Below, one piece after another: positions 1-9,802 of a DNA stretch of 64,000 nt. The notes under the pieces were generated by a model. The model was not told the DNA's origin and ran no database searches. It saw only the letters and a list, made by a program, of their open reading frames with translations. Each line of letters starts with the position of its first letter. Within the stretch, counting starts at the first letter, position 1. Source of the DNA: Lutisporaceae bacterium (GTDB lineage: Bacteria > Bacillota > Clostridia > Lutisporales > Lutisporaceae); contig JBMNHZ010000009.1 in the NCBI GenBank assembly GCA_050950645.1, positions 295,515 to 359,514 on the forward strand, written 5' to 3'. A program made the position numbers and the translations under genes.

Positions 1-2
1 TA

Positions 3-308
3 TCAATTATCTGTGCCATTCCGGTATTATCGCCGCTATTAGGCCCCGGAGCCGTAATTGCCCAGATAGTCGGAGTCCTGGTCGGTGTACAGATAGGAAA
101 CGGATCCATTCCCCCGCAATACGCTTTACCGGCACTTTTTGCTATTGACCCACAGGTTGGATGCGATTTCATACCCGTTGGACTGAGTCTTGGCGATGCA
201 GAACCTGAAACCGTTGAAGTAGGTGTACCTGCAATACTGATGTCCAGACTTATTACAGGACCGGCTTCCGTTCTTATAGCTTATGCATTCAGCATTGGGT
301 TGTACTAA
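3..308 (+). CDS. srlE: PTS glucitol/sorbitol-type EIIB/C component, C-terminal end (5' part lies outside the window)
   Basis: Frame is open from the window edge to TAA at 306-308; absent from the ORF track because it is 5'-truncated. Hand translation ends ...[63 protein letters not shown], which I recognise as the conserved C-terminus of sorbitol EIIBC proteins. An EIIA-Gut gene follows. Confidence 0.5.
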   Translation, partial: SIICAIPVLSPLLGPGAVIAQIVGVLVGVQIGNGSIPPQYALPALFAIDPQVGCDFIPVGLSLGDAEPETVEVGVPAILMSRLITGPASVLIAYAFSIGLY

Positions 309-444
309 ATGAGAAAAGCATGGTACGATACTCCCAATTGAGTATCTGCCATGCTTCCCCGGAAGCTTAAACGTTGGCCATGCTTAAGCTCAGAAATATT
401 ATAGCATAAATTTAATGAAATTTATATAGGATTGTACATTTAGG

Positions 445-2265
445 TTACTGTCAAGTAAATGTTGGCAACTTTCCTTCATACAAATTTTTTGTAAATGTAT
501 TTGTAAATTTGATCGCATTTATTCCACGTTCCTATTGACATGGGGACCCCTGTACCCTCTGGACTCCTGTTTTTAGGCGGAATTAGCCTATATTTTATGC
601 GTCTTTCCGCCGCCAAGATTTTACCAGAGGGTACCACCCCATGTAAATAGGCTTTCGCGGCATAAACGCTATGTTTAGTTATATTACCTATAGACTAAAT
701 CGGTGAAATTTCTCATGTCAAACATGCTGCGTATTGCTTTCCTCCCATTGGTAACTGGATAATTCGTAAATGGTCTTTGCCCCTTGTGTATATTCCCGTC
801 TTTACCTTTCCCGTCTTTTTTAGGAGCTTTCGATGCACTTAGTATCTGAATTATCTCCGCAGTTTTTTCTTCCGGTAATACAATCTTTGAAAACCTTTCA
901 ACAACCTCATTTAATCGTTTACTCGCCTTGGCAGCTAATAACTTACCTAAATTATTAGCTCCTTCGATACTCCAGCTTGCTTTACGATGTTTCATCCTCT
1001 GGGATATTATGTCACATATGTGATGTTCCATAGTCCCGAGATTGCGGTACTCTATCCCTAAAGGGGGCTTTGGAATATCTAACCCTCTTTCCTGGTAAGG
1101 TATTAAGCCGTCTCGGTTTTCTTTAAAATATGAGTATAATCCCTTAAGCTTCTTTTGCTCTTTTTCGTCTTCTGCATTATTTACTAATCCCGCAATATAT
1201 GTTAAAGTCTCATTAATTTCGTTGTTATTCAAAAGTTTTAGTATGGCTTTTCTTTGTTCCGCATCCCTTACACTTTTCAGTATTGCCTTATTTTTATGGA
1301 AAGGATCAAGCTGATAATGTACTGTATCATCTATACCATGCTTTATCCAGTCAGCTCCGTCACCATTAAGTATCCTCATTTGTATCTCATCGACATTGTA
1401 TTCCATTGCTATCATTGCTTCTTTTATTCTGTAAAACTCAGATATATCTTCAAAGCCTGCACAGGCTACTTTATTTACCAGTTCGTATCTATTCTTGCTG
1501 ACTTCTTTCCAGCCTTCATATGCTACGGCTACTTTCATTTCAAGCTTCTTGCCTGACTTCGGGCGGTCCTTCCCTTGTATATTTATATATACCCCGTCTG
1601 CCTCTTCAAAAAGAACCGGAACTTCCTTTTCCCCACACAATTGATTCTTCTCTGCTGCTTTAGCCAGTTCGGTTTCACTTTCTTTTACCTTTTGCCCTAA
1701 AGCTTGAACCACATTCCATACACCGCCATGGCTGATACTTTGTCCCGTTAGCTCAGTTATATTATCTGCAGCATTACGGTAAGATGTTATGCTGGCGTTT
1801 TCTACTATCTTTTCCGCCAGGTTTGTCGATATCAGCCCTATCGTATCGAATCCCAAAAGTTCATCCAACAAATATATAAATGATTTTCTGCCTTCATCAT
1901 CTTTACTTTCATAAATTACACGGGAAAATTCGACTTCTCCCATAAGGGTTTTTATTGATGTGTCCCTCCCTCCTCTATGTCTATATTTTGATTTATCTCT
2001 TTCTTCTGCAAGCCTCTTATCCATTGCTTCTAAAACACTTTTAAGAATTTCGCGAGCTATCTGGCATCCATAAGCATAAATTTCCTTTTCTAACCTATTG
2101 AATGATAAATCCTTTTCATTTACAATTATATCAATCATACAAATCACTCCTGTCTATGTTTTCTTAGCAATTACATTTTACAGTTTGATTTGTATGATGG
2201 GAAGGGGTTTTTGCCTCTTCCTTTTATTTTTGCCAATTATTTTGCCAATGAAAATTATACTCTAA
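445..2265 (-). mobile_element. ISLre2-family insertion sequence (about 1.8 kb), apparently intact
   Basis: Single 487-aa transposase ORF. Flanked by an 11-bp direct repeat gtacatttagg (434-444 and 2266-2276). Imperfect terminal inverted repeats: 445-469 ttactgtcaagtaaatgttggcaac versus the reverse complement of 2241-2265 ttagagtataattttcattggcaaa, 14 of 25 identical, with ttggcaa at the same offset. Confidence 0.6.
684..2147 (-). CDS. ISLre2-family (UPF0236-type) transposase
   Basis: 487 aa. The N-terminal pattern (...FNRLEKEIYAYGCQIAREILKSVLEAMDKRLAEERDKSKYRHRG...EVEFSRVIY...YLLDELLGFD) and the length match my memory of ISLre2/UPF0236 transposases. Confidence 0.8.
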   Translation of the reverse strand: MICMIDIIVNEKDLSFNRLEKEIYAYGCQIAREILKSVLEAMDKRLAEERDKSKYRHRGGRDTSIKTLMGEVEFSRVIYESKDDEGRKSFIYLLDELLGFDTIGLISTNLAEKIVENASITSYRNAADNITELTGQSISHGGVWNVVQALGQKVKESETELAKAAEKNQLCGEKEVPVLFEEADGVYINIQGKDRPKSGKKLEMKVAVAYEGWKEVSKNRYELVNKVACAGFEDISEFYRIKEAMIAMEYNVDEIQMRILNGDGADWIKHGIDDTVHYQLDPFHKNKAILKSVRDAEQRKAILKLLNNNEINETLTYIAGLVNNAEDEKEQKKLKGLYSYFKENRDGLIPYQERGLDIPKPPLGIEYRNLGTMEHHICDIISQRMKHRKASWSIEGANNLGKLLAAKASKRLNEVVERFSKIVLPEEKTAEIIQILSASKAPKKDGKGKDGNIHKGQRPFTNYPVTNGRKAIRSMFDMRNFTDLVYR

Positions 2266-2284
2266 GTACATTTAGGAGGGTTAT

Positions 2285-2644
2285 ATGAATTATAAGGCGT
2301 CAATTACCGGGATAGGGGAAATGGCATTGGATTTTTTGGATGACAATATGATAATAGTTTTTAACGACAATGCTCCGGCAGAATTGGCTGAGATTTCTGT
2401 CCTGCATTCAATTGAACCTGTTTCGCAGGACATGAAAGCAGGAGATATCCTGTTGATAGGCAGTAAGGAATACAAGATAACAGCTGTTGGTGAAGAGGCA
2501 AACAGAACCTTCAAAACAATGGGCCACTGCACCTTCAAGTTTACAGGCAAGACAGAGGTTGAACTGCCGGGACAGGTAGAGGTTGAAGGGGAGATCTTAC
2601 CAGATATTAGAGTAGGGGATACATTAGAGATCATCTATGTGTAG
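2285..2644 (+). CDS. srlB: PTS glucitol/sorbitol-specific EIIA component
   Basis: 119-aa ORF with RBS aggaggg upstream. MNYKASITGIGEMALDF...IIVFNDNAPAELAEISVLH fits the EIIA-Gut family pattern, and the gene follows the srlE tail. Confidence 0.75.
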   Translation: MNYKASITGIGEMALDFLDDNMIIVFNDNAPAELAEISVLHSIEPVSQDMKAGDILLIGSKEYKITAVGEEANRTFKTMGHCTFKFTGKTEVELPGQVEVEGEILPDIRVGDTLEIIYV

Positions 2645-2659
2645 AATTGAGGTGTAATA

Positions 2660-3949
2660 ATGCTGGGAATCAACTATAGACTGGAAAGTCTGGAAGCCGA
2701 AGGCAAAAGGATAAAAGCGGGCATAATTGGTGCAGGCCAGATGGGCAGGGGAATGGTAAGTCAGATGATGCTGATGAAAGGAATAGTGCCAGTAGTAGTA
2801 GTTGATATTATTGCGGAAAATGCAATAAAGGCTTACAAAAATGCCGGCTTGAGCGATGAAGACTACAAGGTGGTAAACACAGCAGCAGAAGCGGATGCCT
2901 GGATAGAAAAAGGTAAATATATCATAAGCGAAAATGCTGAAGTAGCCACAAAGTCAAATCTGGTGGATGTGGTTGTGGATGCCACTGGTATGCCTGAATC
3001 AGGTGCAAAGATTTCAGTTGATGCAGTAACAAATAAAAAACATTTAGTAATGCTAAGCGTAGAGACTGATATTGTAATCGGTCCGCTTCTGAAGAAGCTT
3101 GCAGATAATGCAGGAGTAATATATACCGGCTCAGCTGGAGATGAGCCGGGTGCTGTAAAAGAACTTTATGATTTTGCATCATCTTTGGGTTTTGATGTGA
3201 AAGTAGTCGGAAAAGGCAAAAACAATACTCTTGACCTTGAATGCAATCCGGACACTGTTCTGGAGGAAGCGACACGCAGGGGGGTAAGCCCCAAAATGCT
3301 GACATCCTTTAAGGATGGAACTAAAACCATGGTTGAGCTGACAGCAATGTCAAATGCTACAGGCTTTTTACCCGATGTGAGGGGTGCCCACGGAGCAGCA
3401 GGATCAGTGAATGAGCTCCCTCAAATCCTTAGTCTTAAGGAAGAGGGTGGTATACTGAATAGCTACGGGGTTGTTGAGTATATAAACGGAGTTGCTCCGG
3501 GTGTGTTTGTAATAATTGGGAGCAAGCTGCCTGAAGTAAGACGAGAGCTGGAATATCTCAGTATGGGGAAGGGACCCAACTATGTACTCTACAGGCCTTA
3601 TCACCTGTGCAGCCTTGAAACGCCGCTTTCGGTTGTAAAGGCCGTACTGGACAGTCAGTCCACCATAGTTCCTTTAAACGCGCCTATATCTGAAACAATA
3701 GCAATTGCCAAGAAGGATATGAAAGCCGGACAGTACCTGGATGGTATTGGCGGTTATACCGTATATGGAACTATTGAAAAAGCTGATGTTGCAAAGTCAA
3801 TAAAAGCTTTGCCTGTTGGATTGGTTAATAAAAAAACCAGGCTTCTCACTGATGTAAAAAAGGGAGAGATAATAACCTACGATATGGCAGCTCTGGACGG
3901 TGATTCACTTATAGTTCAGCTGAGAAGGATTCAGGACAAATTCTTTTAG
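2660..3949 (+). CDS. NAD(P)-binding oxidoreductase, homoserine-dehydrogenase-like / SAF-domain type; substrate unknown
   Basis: 429 aa with an N-terminal Rossmann motif GIIGAGQMGRG. The family assignment (COG4091-like) is from memory. Confidence 0.6.
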   Translation: MLGINYRLESLEAEGKRIKAGIIGAGQMGRGMVSQMMLMKGIVPVVVVDIIAENAIKAYKNAGLSDEDYKVVNTAAEADAWIEKGKYIISENAEVATKSNLVDVVVDATGMPESGAKISVDAVTNKKHLVMLSVETDIVIGPLLKKLADNAGVIYTGSAGDEPGAVKELYDFASSLGFDVKVVGKGKNNTLDLECNPDTVLEEATRRGVSPKMLTSFKDGTKTMVELTAMSNATGFLPDVRGAHGAAGSVNELPQILSLKEEGGILNSYGVVEYINGVAPGVFVIIGSKLPEVRRELEYLSMGKGPNYVLYRPYHLCSLETPLSVVKAVLDSQSTIVPLNAPISETIAIAKKDMKAGQYLDGIGGYTVYGTIEKADVAKSIKALPVGLVNKKTRLLTDVKKGEIITYDMAALDGDSLIVQLRRIQDKFF

Positions 3950-4015
3950 CAGGGGTAAGCACAAATTCTAAGCTTTGGAATTTGTGCTTACGTTTAAAAA
4001 AGGTGGTATTTTTTG

Positions 4016-4819
4016 ATGTACAAAATGGTCGCAATAGATTTGGATGATACACTTCTTACGGATAACCATGAAATAAGCAGGGAAGATGCAAGTGCCATAT
4101 CCAAATCTTTAGTGAGGGGAGTGGCGGTATGCCTGGTTTCCGGCAGAAGCTACAGTTCGATAAAAAAGTATGTTGAGTACCTTAGGCTCAGGCATCTTGC
4201 CGGAAGCCTCAACGGAGCACATATAATCGAGACATGCAGTGAAAGGGTATTGTCCAGCTGCTGCCTCGATATAAAGCTGGGCTGTGAAATTACAAGAATT
4301 GCTGAAGAACAGGGCATACATATAAATTTCTATCACGGAAACAAGATAGTATGCAAGGAAAGGAATCAATTTTCCGATGCATATGCCCGATTAACAGGTA
4401 CTGAACTGGAGTATGTAGGTGAGCTTTCCCGATATGCAGCATCAGTAGAAGCCGGCAAGCTGCTTTTTTTGGGCGAAACTGAAAAACTGGAGGGTATCAG
4501 GCAGAAGCTCTTGAGCAGTTATGGCGGACAAATCAATGCAACCTATTCAAAACCGGGATTTCTTGAAATTTACCGGAGGGATATTTCAAAGGGAGAAGCA
4601 GTTAAGAAGATTGCAAATTATTACGGCTTCAGTTCAGGTGAAATTGTTGCAATCGGGGATGGGGAAAACGATATCTCAATGCTTCGATGTGCGGGTGTCG
4701 GAGTGGCAATGGGAAATGCACCCTTGAAGGTGAAGGAGAGTGCAAGCTTTGTCACATATTCCAACAATGATAACGGAGTTGCACATGCTTTAAACAGAAT
4801 TGTACTGGCTGGCGCTTAG
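4016..4819 (+). CDS. Cof-type HAD-IIB phosphatase (sugar-phosphate phosphatase family)
   Basis: HAD motif I at the N-terminus (VAIDLDDTLL) and motif IV (GDGENDISM). ATG 4016, 9 nt after aaaggtgg, is preferred over the TTG at 4013 used in the ORF track. Confidence 0.8.
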   Translation: MYKMVAIDLDDTLLTDNHEISREDASAISKSLVRGVAVCLVSGRSYSSIKKYVEYLRLRHLAGSLNGAHIIETCSERVLSSCCLDIKLGCEITRIAEEQGIHINFYHGNKIVCKERNQFSDAYARLTGTELEYVGELSRYAASVEAGKLLFLGETEKLEGIRQKLLSSYGGQINATYSKPGFLEIYRRDISKGEAVKKIANYYGFSSGEIVAIGDGENDISMLRCAGVGVAMGNAPLKVKESASFVTYSNNDNGVAHALNRIVLAGA

Positions 4820-4860
4820 AGCTTATGCTCTAAATTATTGTGGTTATGGAGGTCTTAACA

Positions 4861-5817
4861 ATGGATTTGGAAAAGAGCAAACTGCAGGATATGTACTTAA
4901 AAATGTTGCATATTCGCAGGTTTGAAGAAAAAGTGGCACATTTTTTCACATTGGGAAAGGTTCATGGTACTACTCACCTTTATGTGGGGGAGGAGGCCTG
5001 TGCAGTAGGAGCGTGTTCCGCCCTGGAAGAAAAGGATTATATAACCAGCACCCACAGAGGCCATGGTCATTGTATTTCGAAAGGCATTGACCTTAACAGA
5101 ATGATGGCGGAGTTATTGGGAAAGGAAACCGGTTATTGTAAAGGCAAAGGAGGCTCAATGCATATAGCCGACCTGTCCAGGGGCAATCTGGGGGCAAACG
5201 GTGTCGTGGGCGGAGGGCAAGCCATTGCTGTAGGAGCTGCATTGACTCTCAGAATGAAAAAGTCGGATCAGGTTGTACTATGCTTCTTCGGAGATGGGGC
5301 TTCAAACGCGGGAAGCTTTCATGAAGCATTGAACCTTGCAGCTATATGGAAGCTTCCGGTGATATTTTTCTGTGAAAACAATCTGTACGGCATGTCAATG
5401 CCTGTATCAAAGTCAATGAATGTCAGGGACGTGGCTGAAAAGGCTGCAGCCTATGGTATTCCGGGCAGAGTTGTGGACGGGAATAACGTGCTGGAAGTAT
5501 ATAGTGCTGTACTTGAAGCGAGAGAGTATGCCAGAAGCAGTGGCCCGATACTTTTGGAAGCCAAAACCTACAGATGGCTGGGACATTCAAAGAGCGATGC
5601 CAATGTATATAGAACCAGGGAAGAAATTGCAGACTGGAAGGAAAGATGTCCAATAAAAAGCTTCAGAAAATATCTTGAAGAAAATGGAGTATTTACCGCT
5701 TCCGAGCTGGATGCAATTGAAAGACAGGCGTCATCGGATATTGATAAAGCTGTGGAATTTGCAGAACAGAGTCCATATCCATCCATGGATACTGTTTGCG
5801 ATGATGTTTATGCATAG
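4861..5817 (+). CDS. acoA: Acetoin/pyruvate dehydrogenase-type E1 alpha subunit (TPP-dependent)
   Basis: E1-alpha pattern including the TPP-binding stretch [18 protein letters not shown]...FFCENN. ATG 4861 after tggagg is preferred over the upstream start at 4840. Confidence 0.8.
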   Translation: MDLEKSKLQDMYLKMLHIRRFEEKVAHFFTLGKVHGTTHLYVGEEACAVGACSALEEKDYITSTHRGHGHCISKGIDLNRMMAELLGKETGYCKGKGGSMHIADLSRGNLGANGVVGGGQAIAVGAALTLRMKKSDQVVLCFFGDGASNAGSFHEALNLAAIWKLPVIFFCENNLYGMSMPVSKSMNVRDVAEKAAAYGIPGRVVDGNNVLEVYSAVLEAREYARSSGPILLEAKTYRWLGHSKSDANVYRTREEIADWKERCPIKSFRKYLEENGVFTASELDAIERQASSDIDKAVEFAEQSPYPSMDTVCDDVYA

Positions 5818-5831
5818 GGAGGCGGGTTGGA

Positions 5832-6809
5832 ATGAGAGAAATAACATATGCTCAGGCAATAAAAGAAGCCATGTGTGAGGAAATGAGGCGTGATGAAAGA
5901 GTATTCCTCATAGGTGAGGATGTAGGATTATATGGAGGCGCTTTTGGTGTATCAGTCGGAATGCTTGAAGAGTTCGGAGAGGAAAGGGTGCGGGATACAC
6001 CAATATCCGAGGCGGCTGTAATAGGTGCTGCTGTGGGTGCGGCGGTAACGGGGATGCGCCCTGTAGCTGAAATAATGTTCAGCGATTTTTTAACAATCGG
6101 AACTGACCAGCTTGTAAATCAGGCTGCTAAAATAAGATATATGTTTGGGGGCAAGGCTAAAGTACCAATGGTGGTAAGAACTCCCGGAGGTTCGGGTACA
6201 GGAGCGGCCGCCCAGCATTCGCAAAGCCTTGAGGCGTGGTTTTGCCATATTCCAGGTTTGAAGGTGGTTGCTCCATCAACTCCGGCTGATGCCAAAGGAC
6301 TCTTAAAAGCTGCCATACGGGATGACAATCCGGTGGTATTTTTTGAGCAAAAGCTTTTATACAGAAAGAAAGGGCCTGTACCCCAGGAGGATTATGTAAT
6401 ACCCTTGGGGAAGGCGGATATTAAGAGAGAAGGAAAGGATGCAACCATAATCACCTATGGACGTATGGTGCAGGCATGCCTGAAGGTGGCAGAAGACCTT
6501 GCAGGACAGGGTATAGATATAGAAGTTGTTGACCCCAGGACACTTCTTCCGTTGGATAAGGGCGCATTGATAAGCTCTGCTGCAAAAACAGGAAGAGTGC
6601 TTATTGTTCATGAGGCGGTGCAGACAGGAGGGATTGGCGGTGAAATAGCGTCAGTGATAGCTGAAAGTGAGGCCTTTTATTATCTTGATGCGCCGATAAA
6701 AAGGCTGGGAGGTTTAGATGTTCCAATTCCCTACTGCCCGGAACTGGAAAAGAATGTAGTACCTACGGAAAAGACAATAACCGAAGCAGTTTTGAAGCTT
6801 TTTGAGTAG
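5832..6809 (+). CDS. acoB: Acetoin/pyruvate dehydrogenase-type E1 beta subunit
   Basis: 325 aa with a typical E1-beta N-terminus ([32 protein letters not shown]...). Immediately follows E1 alpha. Confidence 0.85.
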   Translation: MREITYAQAIKEAMCEEMRRDERVFLIGEDVGLYGGAFGVSVGMLEEFGEERVRDTPISEAAVIGAAVGAAVTGMRPVAEIMFSDFLTIGTDQLVNQAAKIRYMFGGKAKVPMVVRTPGGSGTGAAAQHSQSLEAWFCHIPGLKVVAPSTPADAKGLLKAAIRDDNPVVFFEQKLLYRKKGPVPQEDYVIPLGKADIKREGKDATIITYGRMVQACLKVAEDLAGQGIDIEVVDPRTLLPLDKGALISSAAKTGRVLIVHEAVQTGGIGGEIASVIAESEAFYYLDAPIKRLGGLDVPIPYCPELEKNVVPTEKTITEAVLKLFE

Positions 6810-6822
6810 GGAGGGAATGGGA

Positions 6823-7788
6823 ATGACAAAAATTGCAGCTACTCCCCTGGCAAAAACCCTTGCATACAGAAAAGGTATTGAGCTGATTGAAGTAAAAGGG
6901 TCGGGGAAGGGTGGAATAATAAAAGCCGTTGATGTAGAGACCCATGGGAAGTTGAGATATACACCTTTGGCAGGAAGGATTGCCAGGGAACTGGGAATTG
7001 ATATGACAAAGGTGAAAGGGAGCGGCTATAAGGGGAAGATTAGGAAAAGCGATCTTCCTGTTTTCATAAGTATTGAGGCTGATGAAATTAAGAAGGAGAC
7101 TGGCAGGAGTGTAAGGAAACCTATTCAGGGAATGCGGAAGGTTATTGCAGACAGGATGAAAAAAAGCCACCTGAGCGCTCCCCCGGTGACTCTCAATATA
7201 AAAGTAGATGTTACAGAGCTGCTGAACTTAAGAAATCAGGTGAATAAAACACTTGAAAGCAGTGTATCCATAAACGACCTTGTAATGAAGGCAGTTGCAC
7301 AGAGCCTGAGAGAATATCCCAATATCAACGTGACTATTGACGGAGATGATATTGTTTTTCAGGATGAGGTAAATCTGGGGATGGCGGTTGCACTTCCCGA
7401 CGGGCTTATAGTACCTGTCATCAAAAATGCCGACAGGCTGGGACTCATTGAACTTTCGGCCGCAGCAAAGAAGCTTGGGGCCAAAGCAAAGGAGGATAAG
7501 CTCACTATTGATGAAATTACCGGAGGCACTTTTACGGTAAGCAACCTTGGTATGATGGGTATAACTTCCTTCACTCCCATTATTAATCCGCCGGAAAGCG
7601 CAATTTTGGGGGTATGCGCGGTTGAAGAGAACCTGAGGCTCAATAATGGCAAGGTGGAAAGCAGACAGATTATGGGCCTTAGCCTTACAATAGACCATAG
7701 AGTGATTGATGGAGCTCAGGGTGCAATTTTTCTGGGAAGGATAAAGAAGTTTATGGAAAACCCAATGGAGATAATTTTGGAGAGGTGA
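6823..7788 (+). CDS. acoC: Dihydrolipoamide acyltransferase E2 core lacking a lipoyl domain (two E3/E1-binding domains plus catalytic domain)
   Basis: Two tandem peripheral-subunit-binding motifs (ATPLAKTLAYRKGIELIEVKGSGKGGIIKAVDV and YTPLAGRIARELGIDMTKVKGSGYKGKIRKSDL), then a catalytic domain with DHRVIDG. No lipoyl-lysine domain. ATG 6823, 7 nt after gggaggg, is preferred over TTG 6802. Confidence 0.8.
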   Translation: MTKIAATPLAKTLAYRKGIELIEVKGSGKGGIIKAVDVETHGKLRYTPLAGRIARELGIDMTKVKGSGYKGKIRKSDLPVFISIEADEIKKETGRSVRKPIQGMRKVIADRMKKSHLSAPPVTLNIKVDVTELLNLRNQVNKTLESSVSINDLVMKAVAQSLREYPNINVTIDGDDIVFQDEVNLGMAVALPDGLIVPVIKNADRLGLIELSAAAKKLGAKAKEDKLTIDEITGGTFTVSNLGMMGITSFTPIINPPESAILGVCAVEENLRLNNGKVESRQIMGLSLTIDHRVIDGAQGAIFLGRIKKFMENPMEIILER

Positions 7789-7802
7789 TAGGAGGGATAG
7801 CG

Positions 7803-9491
7803 ATGGCTTACAGGGTCATAATGCCGAAGGCAGGTATGGCAATGGAGGAAGGAACCATAATAAAATGGCTGAAACAGGAGGGGGAACTGGTTGAAGCAGG
7901 AGAGCCCCTGCTGGAAATACATACTGACAAGGTGAACATGGAGATAGAGTCGGAGTACAGCGGAGTACTGCTGAAAATTCTGCACGGAGAGGGGGATACC
8001 GTTCCTGTAACCCAGGCTATTGCCTTCATAGGAGAGGCCGGAGAAGCGGCTCCGGAAGACGCAGCAAAGAAAAAAACCGGTAAAAAGCATAGTATGCCGG
8101 CAGCAGAAGAACCGGAAGGCATTTATGATGTAATAGTAGTCGGAGGCGGGCCTGCAGGTTATGTGGCTGCAATAAAAGCCTCGCAGCTTGGGGGCAAGGT
8201 AGGGCTTGTGGAGAAGGATACCGTTGGCGGTACCTGCCTCAACAGGGGTTGTGTACCTACAAAGGTTTATCTTAGAAATGCGGAGCTGATACACAGCCTT
8301 AAAGGCGCTGCGGAAAGGGGAATACTCTTGGATACTGACAGTTTCAGAGTAGATATGGAAAAGGCTGTCGAATACAAAAACATGGTAGTAAACTCTTTGA
8401 CATCAGGAGTGAAAGGACTTTTAGAAAGCAATAATGTCAGATTGTACAGTGGTACAGGCAAAATTACAAGTGAAAAGCAGGTGACTGTAAACGGTGATCT
8501 GGTAATCAAGGGTGAAAGCATCATTTTTGCAGGCGGCTCAAAGGCTGCAAAAATCAATATACCAGGAATAGAAAACCCCCGTGTGCTTACAAGCGATGAG
8601 GCGCTGGAAATGAAAGAGCTTCCTGACAGTATGGCAATTATTGGAGGTGGAGCTATTGGTATTGAGATGGCAACTGTTTTCCATACTTACGGAACAAAAG
8701 TGACGGTAATTGAAGCTGCAGACAGAATTCTTCCTAACATGGACGGAGAAATATCTGAGATGCTTTCAAGGATATTGAAGGGCAGGGGTGTTGAACTGGT
8801 GACAGGCGCCGTACTGGAAAGCATATCGGAGTCTGAAGGAGAGCTGAGGCTTAACCTCGGAAACAACAAATCCATAAAGGCTTCAGCGGCGTTGCTTGCA
8901 ATCGGGAGAATTCCCGATATGGAAGGGTGTGGGGACATCAATCTTGAGACAGTGGATGGGAGAATTAAAGTTAATGAGTATATGGAAACGAGCATTAAAG
9001 GAATTTATGCTCCGGGAGACATAAACGGAATAAGAATGCTTGCTCATGCAGCTTTTAGAATGGGAGAAATTGCTGCCATGAATGCAATGGGCAGTAAAGC
9101 AAGGTTTGAACTAAAAAACATACCCAGCTGTGTATATACGATACCGGAAGCAGCTTCAGTAGGGCTTACCGAGGAAGAGGCTAAGAGCAGGTCGGATACC
9201 TGTATCGGCAGATTCTCTTTTTCGGGAAACAGCAGGGCATTGGCTGCAGGTGAATATGAAGGATTTGTGAAGATAATTGCAGAAAGAAAGTATGGAGAGA
9301 TATTGGGAGTACACATACTTGGCCCGGGAGCCGCAGAACTAATAAATGAGGCAGCTGTGCTTATGGATATGGAAATTACAGTATGGGAGCTGTCAGATTC
9401 AGTTCATGGGCATCCGACATATTCAGAGGCAATAAAGGAAGCAGCAGCTGACTGTATTGAGTGTAGTATACATCTTCCAAGAAAAGGGTAG
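7803..9491 (+). CDS. acoL: Dihydrolipoamide dehydrogenase E3 with an N-terminal lipoyl domain
   Basis: N-terminal lipoyl domain (MAYRVIMPKAGMAMEEGTIIKWL...LLEIHTDKVNMEIES), a linker, then FAD motif VVGGGPAGY and the redox disulfide CLNRGCVPTK. ATG 7803 after ggaggg is preferred. Confidence 0.85.
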   Translation: MAYRVIMPKAGMAMEEGTIIKWLKQEGELVEAGEPLLEIHTDKVNMEIESEYSGVLLKILHGEGDTVPVTQAIAFIGEAGEAAPEDAAKKKTGKKHSMPAAEEPEGIYDVIVVGGGPAGYVAAIKASQLGGKVGLVEKDTVGGTCLNRGCVPTKVYLRNAELIHSLKGAAERGILLDTDSFRVDMEKAVEYKNMVVNSLTSGVKGLLESNNVRLYSGTGKITSEKQVTVNGDLVIKGESIIFAGGSKAAKINIPGIENPRVLTSDEALEMKELPDSMAIIGGGAIGIEMATVFHTYGTKVTVIEAADRILPNMDGEISEMLSRILKGRGVELVTGAVLESISESEGELRLNLGNNKSIKASAALLAIGRIPDMEGCGDINLETVDGRIKVNEYMETSIKGIYAPGDINGIRMLAHAAFRMGEIAAMNAMGSKARFELKNIPSCVYTIPEAASVGLTEEEAKSRSDTCIGRFSFSGNSRALAAGEYEGFVKIIAERKYGEILGVHILGPGAAELINEAAVLMDMEITVWELSDSVHGHPTYSEAIKEAAADCIECSIHLPRKG

Positions 9492-9526
9492 TTGAAATAA
9501 CTAATATATGTCAGGAGGAGTCTAAC

Positions 9527-9790
9527 ATGGTTAAAAAGGTAGTTACAATAAAAAACAAGACTGGATTACATGCAAGGCCGGCTTCTGAATTTGTGAAAAA
9601 AGCTTCTACCTATTGTTCGGATATAATTCTCCGACACAAGGGGAAGGAGATAAATGCCAAGAGCATAATCAGTGTTTTAACCGCGGGGATAAGTATGGGA
9701 ACTGTTGTTGAAATATGTGCGGAAGGGCCGGATGAAAAGGAGTCGGTTGAAGGCTTGTCAGAACTTATCCAATCAAATTTCGGAGAGTAA
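9527..9790 (+). CDS. ptsH: Phosphocarrier protein HPr
   Basis: 87 aa with the His15 motif KTGLHARPAS and a Ser46-type motif INAKSIISV. Confidence 0.9.
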   Translation: MVKKVVTIKNKTGLHARPASEFVKKASTYCSDIILRHKGKEINAKSIISVLTAGISMGTVVEICAEGPDEKESVEGLSELIQSNFGE

Positions 9791-9802
9791 GGAGATTATG
9801 CA

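Noticed and set aside
1254-1556. 100-aa plus-strand ORF inside the ISLre2 transposase gene
   Set aside because: It is antisense to a well-supported 487-aa gene, has no RBS, and its composition (F/Y/I/C-rich) mirrors the coding strand.
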